From Planctomycetota bacterium (GTDB taxonomy: Bacteria; Planctomycetota; PLA2; JAEUHO01), in the NCBI GenBank assembly GCA_965222115.1, contig CBDCTJ010000007.1:2112001-2176000 (forward strand): DNA of 64,000 bases, written 5' to 3'. The first letter of the stretch is position 1; each line of letters starts with the position of its first letter. Both the position numbers and the translations under genes were made by a program. This document shows, one piece after another, positions 11,001-19,481 of the stretch. Under the pieces are notes generated by a model that ran no database searches, was not told the origin of the DNA, and was given only the letters and a program-made list of their open reading frames with translations.

Positions 11001-11241
11001 GTCCGCATGGATCAACTGCGTTCGAATTGATCCGCCCGACAATCACACGCGCAACGGCGTGTACGGTGCGCAAGGCGTTGCGACCGTTACGGGACTCGGA
11101 CCTGGCACGTGGAAGCTGAGCATCTGGATTCACAACATGTTTGTGCCCGGCGGGAGCCAGAAGCCCGCTCATGTTCGCGAAGTGTCCATTTCCGGTAACG
11201 AGGAAGTCGACATTGAACACCGGATGTCGTCGGGGTCGTGA
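8092..11241 (+). CDS. Large membrane-anchored protein with carboxypeptidase-regulatory-like beta-sandwich repeats
   Basis: N-terminal TM helix; repeated segments such as GIVLDESRRPVAGADI, TKSDSEGKF and GVEPGTYEL. Confidence 0.8.
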   Translation: MGGKGNGGAVGRTLTWIGMVAAIALAAWLALSITDEPSISVEDDHGEVVEYDDQGNPILSGVVGPDGKPIKPSKRDSTATAEPEDAAPLLDGQQLLTGIVLDESRRPVAGADIVAHLRDAKDVHTKSDSEGKFSLPVTTPSDVTNPWYARGTVYARTSDDRVGFSSFRPSFRLPAPGIDVGKIVVRKGAHIRCRVTREGSPVPGARYWVVGRRRAAIYETGVADDGGIVTSAIFPLSSYVVIAASPEKPDGYTSARTMGHGHKRIQIPIAKGADLPELALGDTRTLRVQVVDKASRAPIPAAKILVGDDSSRPPPRGVGTLPPIPDTLTGANGEAAVIAGVPADKRVYVNAEVEGYPKSRGYNGRGMATAEPGNDDVTIELATYREVAFPIGPSDVETPGEGDALTAERTSWSGAPDPDEQLAAKVEGTYVVISGLRPGYDYGTVSTADGRIANFHAPQGNAKAAPLKFVRAKPITLRLISESGEVMKGEQLSLAGGNGRSYQPPEITNENGEVTFDKLTWNQVVVRHVPRGSDNWWRAPIVDRFKRADVDGVREIRLKSGERVTIDVLINGVRKLPTRYSISVGRRSIRSGDVEEDPGAATLSFAVLEKDWNKSGPTKFVIGAEGCLPSTLELEREEASAGRQRVDLKLAGTFVCQVTPPEDERYSLALQQYNDGTQIWEATRASGWQAPRPADAEREKHTRRFGGLKAGTYRAIDSFSQATSGSIVVVPGEPAKTVKLDLSVVTTIEGRVVVPEGENVRTASVKRVTKSGTSSSNTNYFPGRSFPSPGRWRGGSHIQIQEDGSFSLRAVRGDPVTLSVDHAYLSPVNGKRTLRTKGGARGIEFRLEATGYISFRLPDVAAGAESVANNGPTMRPGTSITAALLADDGPGKPKKVVRSSGLIPKNGVYRIGGVEPGTYELRIDSSGFARRTIAEVKLGESSVDLGDIAMSRGGTIKVRVLPEADGDTPPSAWINCVRIDPPDNHTRNGVYGAQGVATVTGLGPGTWKLSIWIHNMFVPGGSQKPAHVREVSISGNEEVDIEHRMSSGS

Positions 11242-13361
11242 GCGCAAGCGCTAGATTCGCCGCCTTGACGATCGGCGCACTCTTTGCATTCGTTCACGTT
11301 GGGTTCAGTCCGTATGCCCGTGGGGATGTGCTCATTCCGAAGAGGGGCAAGCGCATCGAAGGCGCGATCGTCTCGCAAGCGGGCGGTCGCGTTGTCTTCA
11401 ATCGGTACTGGTCACGCAATCCGGGCGTGACGAATCCCGATCATGTGATCACCCTCGCAGCGTCGGCCATCAAGTCGGCCAGGGTGGCGCCCCATCCCCA
11501 CGTGGAGTTCTTTCGCCGGTTGAAAGTGGCCAAATCGGTCGACGACTTGGTTGCACTCGGTGATTATGCGCGCGAACACAAATTGAAAGCTCACGCGAAG
11601 CGCGCTTATGCCACGGCACTTGCCAAGGATGAGTCCAACGCCGCGGCGCTGGAGGGCATCGGCGGCGCGTCCAAATGGAAAACGGAGCGGGAGGGCAATC
11701 CGTGGCTCGACCACTCGCTTGGCGATCTTCGTAGGAAATACGTCACCGTCAGCGACCCCAAAGAACGCGTCGCGCTGGCGGCAACAATCAAAAAGGCCGG
11801 CGGCCAAGAAAAGCTCCCCACGTTAGAGCGCATGCGACGCAGTGCATCGCAGCCCACGGGCTATCACGTCGATCGTCCGCTGTGCGTGAATGCGCCCGAT
11901 CATCCCCATGGCGTGTACACGCTCTATGTGCCCGATACCTACACACCCACCGAAACCTGGCCGCTCATCATTGGCCTTCACGGAGGGGGCGCGGGTGGGA
12001 AGGCGGGCGACGAAGTGGTAGGAAGCGGCGAGTCGGCGATAAACTTCTATCGACGGCACGCAACCGAGCGTGGATTCATTGTGGCATGTCCAGATGCATT
12101 GTCGCGCGGATGGGGAAGCAAGGACAATGAGCAACTTGTTCGGGATGTCATCACGGAATTGACGCTGCTCTACAACGTTGATCTAGACCGCATCTATTTG
12201 ACGGGGCACTCGATGGGGGGCTTTGGCACATGGTCGTTGGGTCCACGCATGGCCGACCTATTCGCGGCGATTTCGCCCATGGCGGGCGCCGGATCGGGGG
12301 TGTCCAAACTCATCGACACCAACACGCCTATTTTCATCTTTCACTCGGCAGACGATTTCATTGATGTAAGCAGCGACCGCGCGGCGGCCAAGCAACTAAA
12401 AGCGTCGTCGCTGGACTTTGTGTATACGGAGTTTCCAAACGCCGGTCACGGATTCCCCGACTCCGTTCAAGTGGAGTTGTTCGACTTTTTCGAACCGCGT
12501 CGCCTCTATCGCAAGCGGCGCAAGAGCGCATGGCCTCGCTCGTCGTTCTTGGGCAAAGTCACCTCAACCGAGTCGCGCTTTCTTGGCGACCCGTTGGCGG
12601 AAACAAAAGCGGATGCGCCCACGCTGAAGTCATTGATGAAGACGTTCTTGCTCGGCGGTGGGTGTTCGGAAGCGGTGGCACACGTGCTACTCGATCGTGC
12701 GTTTGAGGGTACCGGGGCAGCGGTGTCCACGGTGTTGCATGGGAAGAACAACTCCACGTCGGCGCGCGCCAGTGCAGCTCGGTTACTTGGCAAACTTGAG
12801 GAGCCCGGAATCGGGCTACCCACGCTCCGCCGGGTCTTGAAGGAGAAACCCTCACGCGATCTCTCCCACGTCATTCGTGCTACCGCAAAGTCGGTTGCAC
12901 GATTGGAACAGCTACTTCGTGAGAAGGACAGTGACGACGTGGGGCGCGAGCACTCCATGTTGTCGCTCGAGCTCGCCATCGACTATTGGTGCATGTTTTA
13001 CGAATCAAAACTCTCGGGAGCTACGATTGATGCGCCCGACTGGCAGCGCGTCATTCCCGTCATTGCCGACCTTGTTTCGGCGTGGGCTGCGTGTGCACGA
13101 GAAGGCGATTCGCTCAAGATGATCAAGCGCACGGCCTATGAACTGGTGCTTGAGCCCACGCACAAGGTGGCCACGTCTCCGCGGGTGCGCGAGGATCCAT
13201 CGATTGAACGGGCGCAGTTGGCAGCTGCCATGGGGCGGGCCTATGCCCGCGGGGGCGCCACGGACGACGATTGGGCGGATCTCTTCAAGGCTCTTTCCTC
13301 GGACGAGCGGGCCCTAACGGCGGCCAAAGCTGCCCGCGAGCAGGCGCCCTCAGCCCGCTAG
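11238..13361 (+). CDS. Secreted alpha/beta hydrolase (esterase/peptidase) with helical C-terminal region
   Basis: Signal peptide; YTLYVP...[25 protein letters not shown] nucleophile elbow, FHSADD and AGHG. Confidence 0.85.
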   Translation: MSASARFAALTIGALFAFVHVGFSPYARGDVLIPKRGKRIEGAIVSQAGGRVVFNRYWSRNPGVTNPDHVITLAASAIKSARVAPHPHVEFFRRLKVAKSVDDLVALGDYAREHKLKAHAKRAYATALAKDESNAAALEGIGGASKWKTEREGNPWLDHSLGDLRRKYVTVSDPKERVALAATIKKAGGQEKLPTLERMRRSASQPTGYHVDRPLCVNAPDHPHGVYTLYVPDTYTPTETWPLIIGLHGGGAGGKAGDEVVGSGESAINFYRRHATERGFIVACPDALSRGWGSKDNEQLVRDVITELTLLYNVDLDRIYLTGHSMGGFGTWSLGPRMADLFAAISPMAGAGSGVSKLIDTNTPIFIFHSADDFIDVSSDRAAAKQLKASSLDFVYTEFPNAGHGFPDSVQVELFDFFEPRRLYRKRRKSAWPRSSFLGKVTSTESRFLGDPLAETKADAPTLKSLMKTFLLGGGCSEAVAHVLLDRAFEGTGAAVSTVLHGKNNSTSARASAARLLGKLEEPGIGLPTLRRVLKEKPSRDLSHVIRATAKSVARLEQLLREKDSDDVGREHSMLSLELAIDYWCMFYESKLSGATIDAPDWQRVIPVIADLVSAWAACAREGDSLKMIKRTAYELVLEPTHKVATSPRVREDPSIERAQLAAAMGRAYARGGATDDDWADLFKALSSDERALTAAKAAREQAPSAR

Positions 13362-13405
13362 TCGATCCGCTCAGGCGGCGCCGCGAATTGTCGGGCGGCG
13401 CGGTC

Positions 13406-13433
13406 TTGACCGCGTTGGGTCGGTGGGTACGCT
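13406..13433 (+). promoter_or_regulatory. Putative sigma70 promoter for rpmI-rplT
   Basis: TTGACC-N16-TACGCT, followed by a GGACCG/CGGTCC hairpin and an AAGGAG RBS. Confidence 0.55.
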
Positions 13434-13486
13434 CTGCGGTTCGTGTGACCACGGACCGGAAACCGTTCGGTCCCAAGGAGCGTTCC

Positions 13487-13687
13487 ATGCCCAAACTCAA
13501 GACCCGCAAGTCCATCGCTGGACGCTTTAAGGTCACCAAGTCGGGCAAAGTGCGCAAGCTCGGTTCGGCGAACCACAGTCACATTCTCTCCAAGAAGGAC
13601 TCCAAGCGTAAGCGCCGTATGCGCCAGCCCGACTTCGTCAAAGGTGGCCAGGCCAAGACCATGCGCCGCTACGTCGGCAAGCGCTAA
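13487..13687 (+). CDS. rpmI: 50S ribosomal protein L35
   Basis: [22 protein letters not shown]...[15 protein letters not shown]; AAGGAG RBS. Confidence 0.97.
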   Translation: MPKLKTRKSIAGRFKVTKSGKVRKLGSANHSHILSKKDSKRKRRMRQPDFVKGGQAKTMRRYVGKR

Positions 13688-13743
13688 CACACCGCTGTAC
13701 ACGTCAAACCCGAGCAAAACAATAAAGTTTAGGACGAAACGTC

Positions 13744-14106
13744 ATGTCACGAGTCACTTGCACACCGGCACGCCTTGCCCGCAAGCGCCGCCTCATGAAG
13801 GTCGCCAAGGGGTATTGGGGCGCGCGTAGTCGCCAGTACAAGGTCATGAAGGAAACGGTGCATCGTGGTTGGCAGTACGCCTACATTCACCGCCGCCTTC
13901 GCAAGCGCGACTTTCGACGGCTCTGGATCTTGCGCATCAACGCAGCGTCCAGGGCTCGCGGACTCATGTACAGCCGACTCATTGCCGGATTGAACCGCGC
14001 CGGTGTTGAGCTCAACCGCAAGTCGCTCAGCGAGCTTGCCATACACGATCCGAAGGCGTTCGACGAGGTCGTGGACATCGCCAAAAACGCACTCGACGCC
14101 GCGTAA
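13744..14106 (+). CDS. rplT: 50S ribosomal protein L20
   Basis: AKGYWGARSR, YAYIHRRLRKRDFRRLWILRINAA, LNRKSLSELA. Confidence 0.98.
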   Translation: MSRVTCTPARLARKRRLMKVAKGYWGARSRQYKVMKETVHRGWQYAYIHRRLRKRDFRRLWILRINAASRARGLMYSRLIAGLNRAGVELNRKSLSELAIHDPKAFDEVVDIAKNALDAA

Positions 14107-14196
14107 GCCGCGCCCGAAGCACCCGTGTGGGAAGGGTCGCGCTGTGGCGCACGAATGGTTCTCTTCGGAGAACCCTTTCCATGATCGGGAGACGGC

Positions 14197-15213
14197 ATGG
14201 ATCCGCTCGACGCGCTGCTGAATGATGCACTTGACCGAATTGCTGAGTCCACCGACCCGGATGCCTTGACAGCCATTCGTACGGAGCTGCTTGGCAAACA
14301 CGGAAAGATCCACGAGATCTTGTCCTCCATCGGTTCTTTACCTCGCGAGGAACGCGGTGCGGTGGGCAAGGCGGCTAACGCCGCCAAGGTCAAACTCGAG
14401 TCCGCGCTTCAGGAGAAAGAGGCGACGCTTCACGCCGCAGCCGACGCCGCACTTGGCGAGACCGAGTGGGTGGATCCGACGCTTCCGCCGCCTCATGACG
14501 ATCGTCCCGCAGAACGCATCGGCGGAACGCTACACCCCATCTCGCAGGTGACGCGCGATGTGGAAGACATATTCCTCGGTATGGGCTTTGACCTATTGGA
14601 CGGCCCGTGGGTGGAAGATGACGATCACAACTTCACCGCACTCAATATTCCGCCCGATCACCCGGCGCGCGACATGCAAGATACATTCTGGGTGGGCGAG
14701 CATCACGTACTTCGTACGCACACGAGTCCTGTGCAGATCCGTGCCATGGAAACACGCAAGCCGCCGATTCGTGCGGTGGCCATTGGCCGGGTGTTTCGAA
14801 ACGAGGAACTCGATGCGAGCCACGAAAACACCTTTCACCAAGTGGAAGCGTTCTTCGTCGATCGCGACGTCAACGTGGGGCACATGATCTATGTGCTTCG
14901 GACTCTGCTTTCCCAAGTGCTGGGCGAGCGCGTCGAGGTGCGCCTGCGCCCTTCGTATTTCCCCTTCGTTGAACCCGGATTCGAGATGGACGTTATGTTC
15001 CGCGGCGACTGGATGGAGCTACTGGGCTGTGGCATGGTCCATCCCGATGTGCTTTCGCGGGGCGGTATCGATCCAGCGATCTACTCAGGTTTCGCATTCG
15101 GCTTGGGGATCGATCGCTTGGTCATGATGCGCTATGGCATTGAGGACATTCGCCATTTCATGAGCGGTGATCTGCGCTTCCTGCGTCAGTTCTCCCACGG
15201 AGTGCAGGGATGA
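14197..15213 (+). CDS. pheS: Phenylalanine--tRNA ligase alpha subunit
   Basis: NFTALNIPPDHPARDMQDTF, LRTHTSPVQIR, FHQVE, RPSYFPFVEP, GFAFGLGIDRL. Confidence 0.98.
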   Translation: MDPLDALLNDALDRIAESTDPDALTAIRTELLGKHGKIHEILSSIGSLPREERGAVGKAANAAKVKLESALQEKEATLHAAADAALGETEWVDPTLPPPHDDRPAERIGGTLHPISQVTRDVEDIFLGMGFDLLDGPWVEDDDHNFTALNIPPDHPARDMQDTFWVGEHHVLRTHTSPVQIRAMETRKPPIRAVAIGRVFRNEELDASHENTFHQVEAFFVDRDVNVGHMIYVLRTLLSQVLGERVEVRLRPSYFPFVEPGFEMDVMFRGDWMELLGCGMVHPDVLSRGGIDPAIYSGFAFGLGIDRLVMMRYGIEDIRHFMSGDLRFLRQFSHGVQG

Positions 15214-17669
15214 AGCTCTCCTATCGTTGGCTGCAAGAACTCGTGGTTCTCGACGGCATAGCGGCCGCTGAGGTGGCGCATGCACTCACCTTTCACACGT
15301 CGGAAATCGAAGACACCATTTCGCTCGGCGACACAATCGATGAGGTTGTAACCGCGCGCGTGAAATCCGTTGCGCCGCATCCCGATGCCGATCGACTACG
15401 CATTTGCCAAGTCGAGCTTGCCGATGGCGCCGTAAAGGAAGTCGTGTGTGGCGCGCCTAATGTGGCCGCCGATCAAGTGATTTGCTACGCACCGCTCGGC
15501 ATCACGTTGCCCGGCTCCGGTGAAGGGCCCATCAAACTTAAGCCCCGCAAGATTCGCGGCGTGCTCAGTGACGGCATGATCTGCGCCGAAGACGAACTAG
15601 GACTCGGTGACGATCATGACGGCATCGTTGTACTTCCAAGCGACACGCCGCTTGGGGTCCCCGTGGCCGACGCGCTTGGCGTACGCGACACTGTGCTCGA
15701 GATCGACAATATCGCCATTACCCATCGCCCCGACCTGTGGGGACACGTTGGGTTCGCACGGGAAGTCGCTGCATTGACGCGTCGCGACTTTCGCGAACCA
15801 TCAGTACCCAAACAGAGCGAACTCGATGCCGAAGCGAAGAGCCAGGACGCCTATCCTGTAACGGTGGACGACGGCAAGGACTGTCGTCGCTACGTGGCGA
15901 TTGAGTTGGCGGGTCTTGCAAACGGTCCGTCGCCGTCCCACCTCAAGCGTCGATTGGCTGTCGTCGGTGTACGAAGCATTGATCTGCTGGTCGATCTCAC
16001 CAACTACGTGTTGTTGGAACAGGGCCAACCCGTCCACGCGTTTGATACGCGAACAATCGAAGGGGACGCGATCCGTGTTCGCCGGGCAGCCAAAGGCGAG
16101 TCGATGGTCACGCTCGACGGCGAGAAACGTGCGCTCACACCAAACGACTTGGTGATCGCCGACACGAAGAAGCCCATTGCCATCGCCGGCGTGATGGGCA
16201 GTGAGGGCTCGGGCATTCAGGCCGACACCACATCACTTGTACTTGAATCGGCAACGTTTGATCCGACGCTCGTTCGCAAAACGGCGGCGCGCTTAGGTCT
16301 CAGGACTGATGCTAGCAGTCGCTTTGAGAAGAGCCTCGATCCTGAGGGTGCCATGCGGACAGCACTCAGGTTCGTTGCGCTGGCGAAAGAATACTGCCCG
16401 AGTGCCCATGTAACTCGCGTCATCACCGACGTGTATCCGAATCCCTACCCGTCCATTGAGATCGACGTGCCTTATTCGCTCGTGCGTCGCAGGCTGGGTG
16501 TTCGCGTGGGGGACAGCGCCGCTCGACGGCGACTCAAGTCTGTGGGCTTCGGCGTTGGGGACGCGGGCGATTCTATGCACATCAAGGTACCCAGTTGGCG
16601 CGCGACCAAAGATGTGCACATCGCCGAGGACATTGTGGAGGAGGTGGGCCGCCTCGGTGGGTACGACAAGCTTGAAGAAATCGCGCCCATTGCACCGATG
16701 GTGCCCCACCATCCGCCGCCGGATCGCCGAACGGAGCGTTTGCTCACGCCTATCTTGACGCTCGACCGCGGCTACGCCGAGACCAACCACTACGCGTTCT
16801 ACGGTTCGGATGACGTAAAGGCACTTGGCATCGAAGATTCGCTCCACGTGGTCATGACGAACCCGCGTTCCGATCAACAGGATCGTCTCATTCAAACGAC
16901 TGCGGCGGGGTTGCTCCGCTCCGTGGCGCGCAACGCCTCGCGTGAACGTGAAATTCGAATTGCAGAGCGCGCGCGACTCTTCGCGCCTCGTGCAGGCGCA
17001 TTGCCTCACGAAGTGAAGGTTCTCGGCGCCGTGAACTGGCGCGGCGATGCCGAGCAAGATCCGAAGGGTCGTGTCTTTCGGTCGCTCTTGGCGGATCTTC
17101 ATGCCGTGCTCTATCGCGCGTGCGTTGGAACGACATCGGTTGCTGAGCACAACGGCGAGTCGTTGGTGGTGGGGCTGCCGGCCTATCCATGGCTCCATCC
17201 CGGGCGCCGCGCGGTGGTTCGTGACAGCGCGAAGAACGTGTTGGCGATTGCTGGAGAGATCGCGCCATGGGTTATGCGCACGTATGACCTTCCCGGTCGG
17301 GCGGCCATGTTCGAAGTTGATCTCTCGGCCGTCACTCAGGCTTGCACTGCCGCTGACGGTGAGTACCACGCGTTGCTGCGCTATCCCGTAGTGCCATTCG
17401 ACGTGGCCGTGCTGATACCTCGCAAGACACTGTCTTCGGAAATCGCAGACGCGATGCGGGGCGCGGTAAAGGGCAACATTCGCGACGTCCATGTGTTTGA
17501 CGTGTATGAGGGCGAAGGTGTACCCGACGGTCAGCGAAGCATTGCATTGCGTTGCGAACTCTTTGATGTCAACAAGACGCTTTCAAGCAAAGCGGCCGAC
17601 GCATTGCGTGGCAAGATCCTCAAGGCACTGAAGAAACGGGGCTGGACCGTGCGCGGACCGGAAGCCTAG
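15210..17669 (+). CDS. pheT: Phenylalanine--tRNA ligase beta subunit
   Basis: MKLSYRWL, HPDADRL, VVCGAPN, THRPDLWGH, NYVLLEQGQPVHAFD, TDASSRFEK, FDVYEG. Confidence 0.97.
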   Translation: MKLSYRWLQELVVLDGIAAAEVAHALTFHTSEIEDTISLGDTIDEVVTARVKSVAPHPDADRLRICQVELADGAVKEVVCGAPNVAADQVICYAPLGITLPGSGEGPIKLKPRKIRGVLSDGMICAEDELGLGDDHDGIVVLPSDTPLGVPVADALGVRDTVLEIDNIAITHRPDLWGHVGFAREVAALTRRDFREPSVPKQSELDAEAKSQDAYPVTVDDGKDCRRYVAIELAGLANGPSPSHLKRRLAVVGVRSIDLLVDLTNYVLLEQGQPVHAFDTRTIEGDAIRVRRAAKGESMVTLDGEKRALTPNDLVIADTKKPIAIAGVMGSEGSGIQADTTSLVLESATFDPTLVRKTAARLGLRTDASSRFEKSLDPEGAMRTALRFVALAKEYCPSAHVTRVITDVYPNPYPSIEIDVPYSLVRRRLGVRVGDSAARRRLKSVGFGVGDAGDSMHIKVPSWRATKDVHIAEDIVEEVGRLGGYDKLEEIAPIAPMVPHHPPPDRRTERLLTPILTLDRGYAETNHYAFYGSDDVKALGIEDSLHVVMTNPRSDQQDRLIQTTAAGLLRSVARNASREREIRIAERARLFAPRAGALPHEVKVLGAVNWRGDAEQDPKGRVFRSLLADLHAVLYRACVGTTSVAEHNGESLVVGLPAYPWLHPGRRAVVRDSAKNVLAIAGEIAPWVMRTYDLPGRAAMFEVDLSAVTQACTAADGEYHALLRYPVVPFDVAVLIPRKTLSSEIADAMRGAVKGNIRDVHVFDVYEGEGVPDGQRSIALRCELFDVNKTLSSKAADALRGKILKALKKRGWTVRGPEA

Positions 17670-17913
17670 CCCAGGCCATTCATGATACACGTAGCACACG
17701 ACTTGCCAATCGTGCGTTCCAATCTCTAGAGCTTTGCGATCGGTTTAGATTCACGTGTGCTTTAGTCGTCACACGTGTGCGAGTGTGCACGTGAATGAGC
17801 GTTTTTCCGGGGCGACCTGATCTGACAAGGCGACGCATGTGTATCGTCGATCACGCGAGCTTCATGACATTTTTGCGTTTCCAACCGTGCGTAAAATGCT
17901 AGGATTCATGTAC

Positions 17914-18104
17914 GCAACGGAGCAGGGTTGTTGTGAACCCTGAGCCTATAGATCGTTTTTCATCGGATTCCCTTGTGCAGAAGGGCTAGGGTCCGCTTCG
18001 ATCACGAGCCTTTGGACTTGTGATCGCTTGTAGAGCCGAATTCTTCGCCGGCGAGCCCTCTTAGATGCAGGGCTCAGTTGGATCCGACGCCCTGCCTCCG
18101 TTGC
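17914..18104 (+). ncRNA. Probable 6S RNA (long rod with central bubble)
   Basis: About 190 nt; ends pair (GCAACGGAG/CTCCGTTGC, CAGGG/CCCTG, CTGAGCC/GGCTCAG), terminal hairpin GATCACGAG/CTTGTGATC, TGcTAGGAT extended -10 just upstream, T-run just downstream; located after pheT. Confidence 0.55.
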
Positions 18105-18295
18105 AGTTTTTGGGGGCGCAAGTGTTGGGGAACGCCACTTGGCGGGGGCGTGTGCATTCGGTGGCGGGACGCTGCTGGGGAAGAGGTTCTCACCAAGGGC
18201 GCCAAGGCCACCAAGCGCGGCCCGTTGTACGGAAGCTGCGTTCCATGGCGATGATCAAGGGGCGCAAGCGTTGCAGAATGCGGGTAGTGAAGATG

Positions 18296-18387
18296 GGATA
18301 CGGTGTCATTTCAGGATACGGTGTCAGGAACGATTTCACACTTTTCCGAGTTCGCAAGTGTGACAAGTGAAGTGGCGCACCGGCACC
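18296..18387. repeat. Degenerate REP/MITE-like inverted-repeat element with a 13-bp direct repeat
   Basis: GGATACGGTGTCA occurs twice; GGTGTCAGGAACGATTTCAC...GTGAAGTGGCGCACCGGCACC forms an imperfect inverted repeat. Confidence 0.4.
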
Positions 18388-18573
18388 TCAACGTAGACCG
18401 ATGCGGGTTCGCGTTGCGCAATTCAGTACCCGAGTGCGTTTGACGTCACGAACCAACGTGACGCCATCTACAGCATGACGGCTATGGTGGATGCGGCGGC
18501 ACCGGCCAATATCGCGATTTAGGTTGGAATAACGCGGGACGCTCTCATGAAGCACGCGGGCTAGAATCTCAGA

Positions 18574-19092
18574 ATGAACAAGCGAAAGTTCCGAGAACTC
18601 AGTGAACTCCCCTACATGACGGCCGACGCAGAGGGACTCAACGTCTATTTCGATGGGGAAAGTGTCGAGGTGACGTTTATTGATATTTATGAGCGGCCCA
18701 TCCGGCATCGGTTTCACGATGTTCTCGGTGTGCGATGGAATCGAGAACTGTCGTCGAGCAAAATGCGCGATGACACGCCTTATGAGATTCTCGATTCTAA
18801 GTGGCTTCGAAAGCAGGCTGGGCTTTGGGCGGTTGATGAGGGCGTGTATGCCCACATTCGTCTTTGTCTGAGCAGTAGCTGTGGTGTGGTTGACGTACTT
18901 GCCAAGCGAGAAGACATTACGCGTGCCGAGGCGCCTTCCAATGACGTCTATCTCAACAAAGATGGCACCGCTATAGTCGTCCACACGCCGATCGGGCGTT
19001 TCGCAATGGCACCGAAGATGAGTGGGAGGCTGAGGCGCATCGACTGCTCTATTCCGTTGAGGCACTCACCGACAACGAGATCGTTCAGTTGA
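18574..19092 (+). CDS. Hypothetical protein (C-terminus possibly out of frame)
   Basis: TAGAAT 6 nt before the ATG; globular-looking sequence through HIRLCLSSSCGVVDVLA. Confidence 0.65.
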   Translation: MNKRKFRELSELPYMTADAEGLNVYFDGESVEVTFIDIYERPIRHRFHDVLGVRWNRELSSSKMRDDTPYEILDSKWLRKQAGLWAVDEGVYAHIRLCLSSSCGVVDVLAKREDITRAEAPSNDVYLNKDGTAIVVHTPIGRFAMAPKMSGRLRRIDCSIPLRHSPTTRSFS

Positions 19093-19481
19093 TTCATTGG
19101 ACGGCGGACGGCCCTTGCCCAGGAAGTGACGTGGCGGCACATGTGCTTCTCCGAGAAGGAGCGCGCGTAGCGACGCATGTAAAGAACGTGTGGACCAAAC
19201 TCGAGCACCCGCAAGTGGAGCGCCTTATCGACGCACTCGTTGCATATTGGCCAGGCACTGTGATTGGAAAGCTATCCGATGAACTTGTGCGTCTCGCTGA
19301 GACGGTGGGACTCGAAGACGCCACACCCCTAGCCGTGCGAGCTCTTCAGCTTTGTGCCGACGCGCGCCTCATGAATCCAACGAAACTCCGCGAACTAGCT
19401 CAAGCGCTGAAACAGGACTCCACCCATGCACGTTTCCGCGAAGTTGCGCAGGATCTACTCAAGTCGCTTCCCTGGGAATGA
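18945..19481 (+). CDS. Hypothetical helical protein, start uncertain
   Basis: Frame open from 18945 (after TGA 18942-18944) with protein-like ADRAFRNGTEDEWEAEAHRLL upstream of the TTG at 19089. Confidence 0.5.
   Translation, partial: RLSQQRWHRYSRPHADRAFRNGTEDEWEAEAHRLLYSVEALTDNEIVQLIHWTADGPCPGSDVAAHVLLREGARVATHVKNVWTKLEHPQVERLIDALVAYWPGTVIGKLSDELVRLAETVGLEDATPLAVRALQLCADARLMNPTKLRELAQALKQDSTHARFREVAQDLLKSLPWE

Noticed and set aside
17748-17796. CACGTG palindromes and an ATTCACGTG/CACGTGAAT inverted repeat after pheT
   Set aside because: It could be a simple hairpin or binding site, but it is a single instance with no supporting context.
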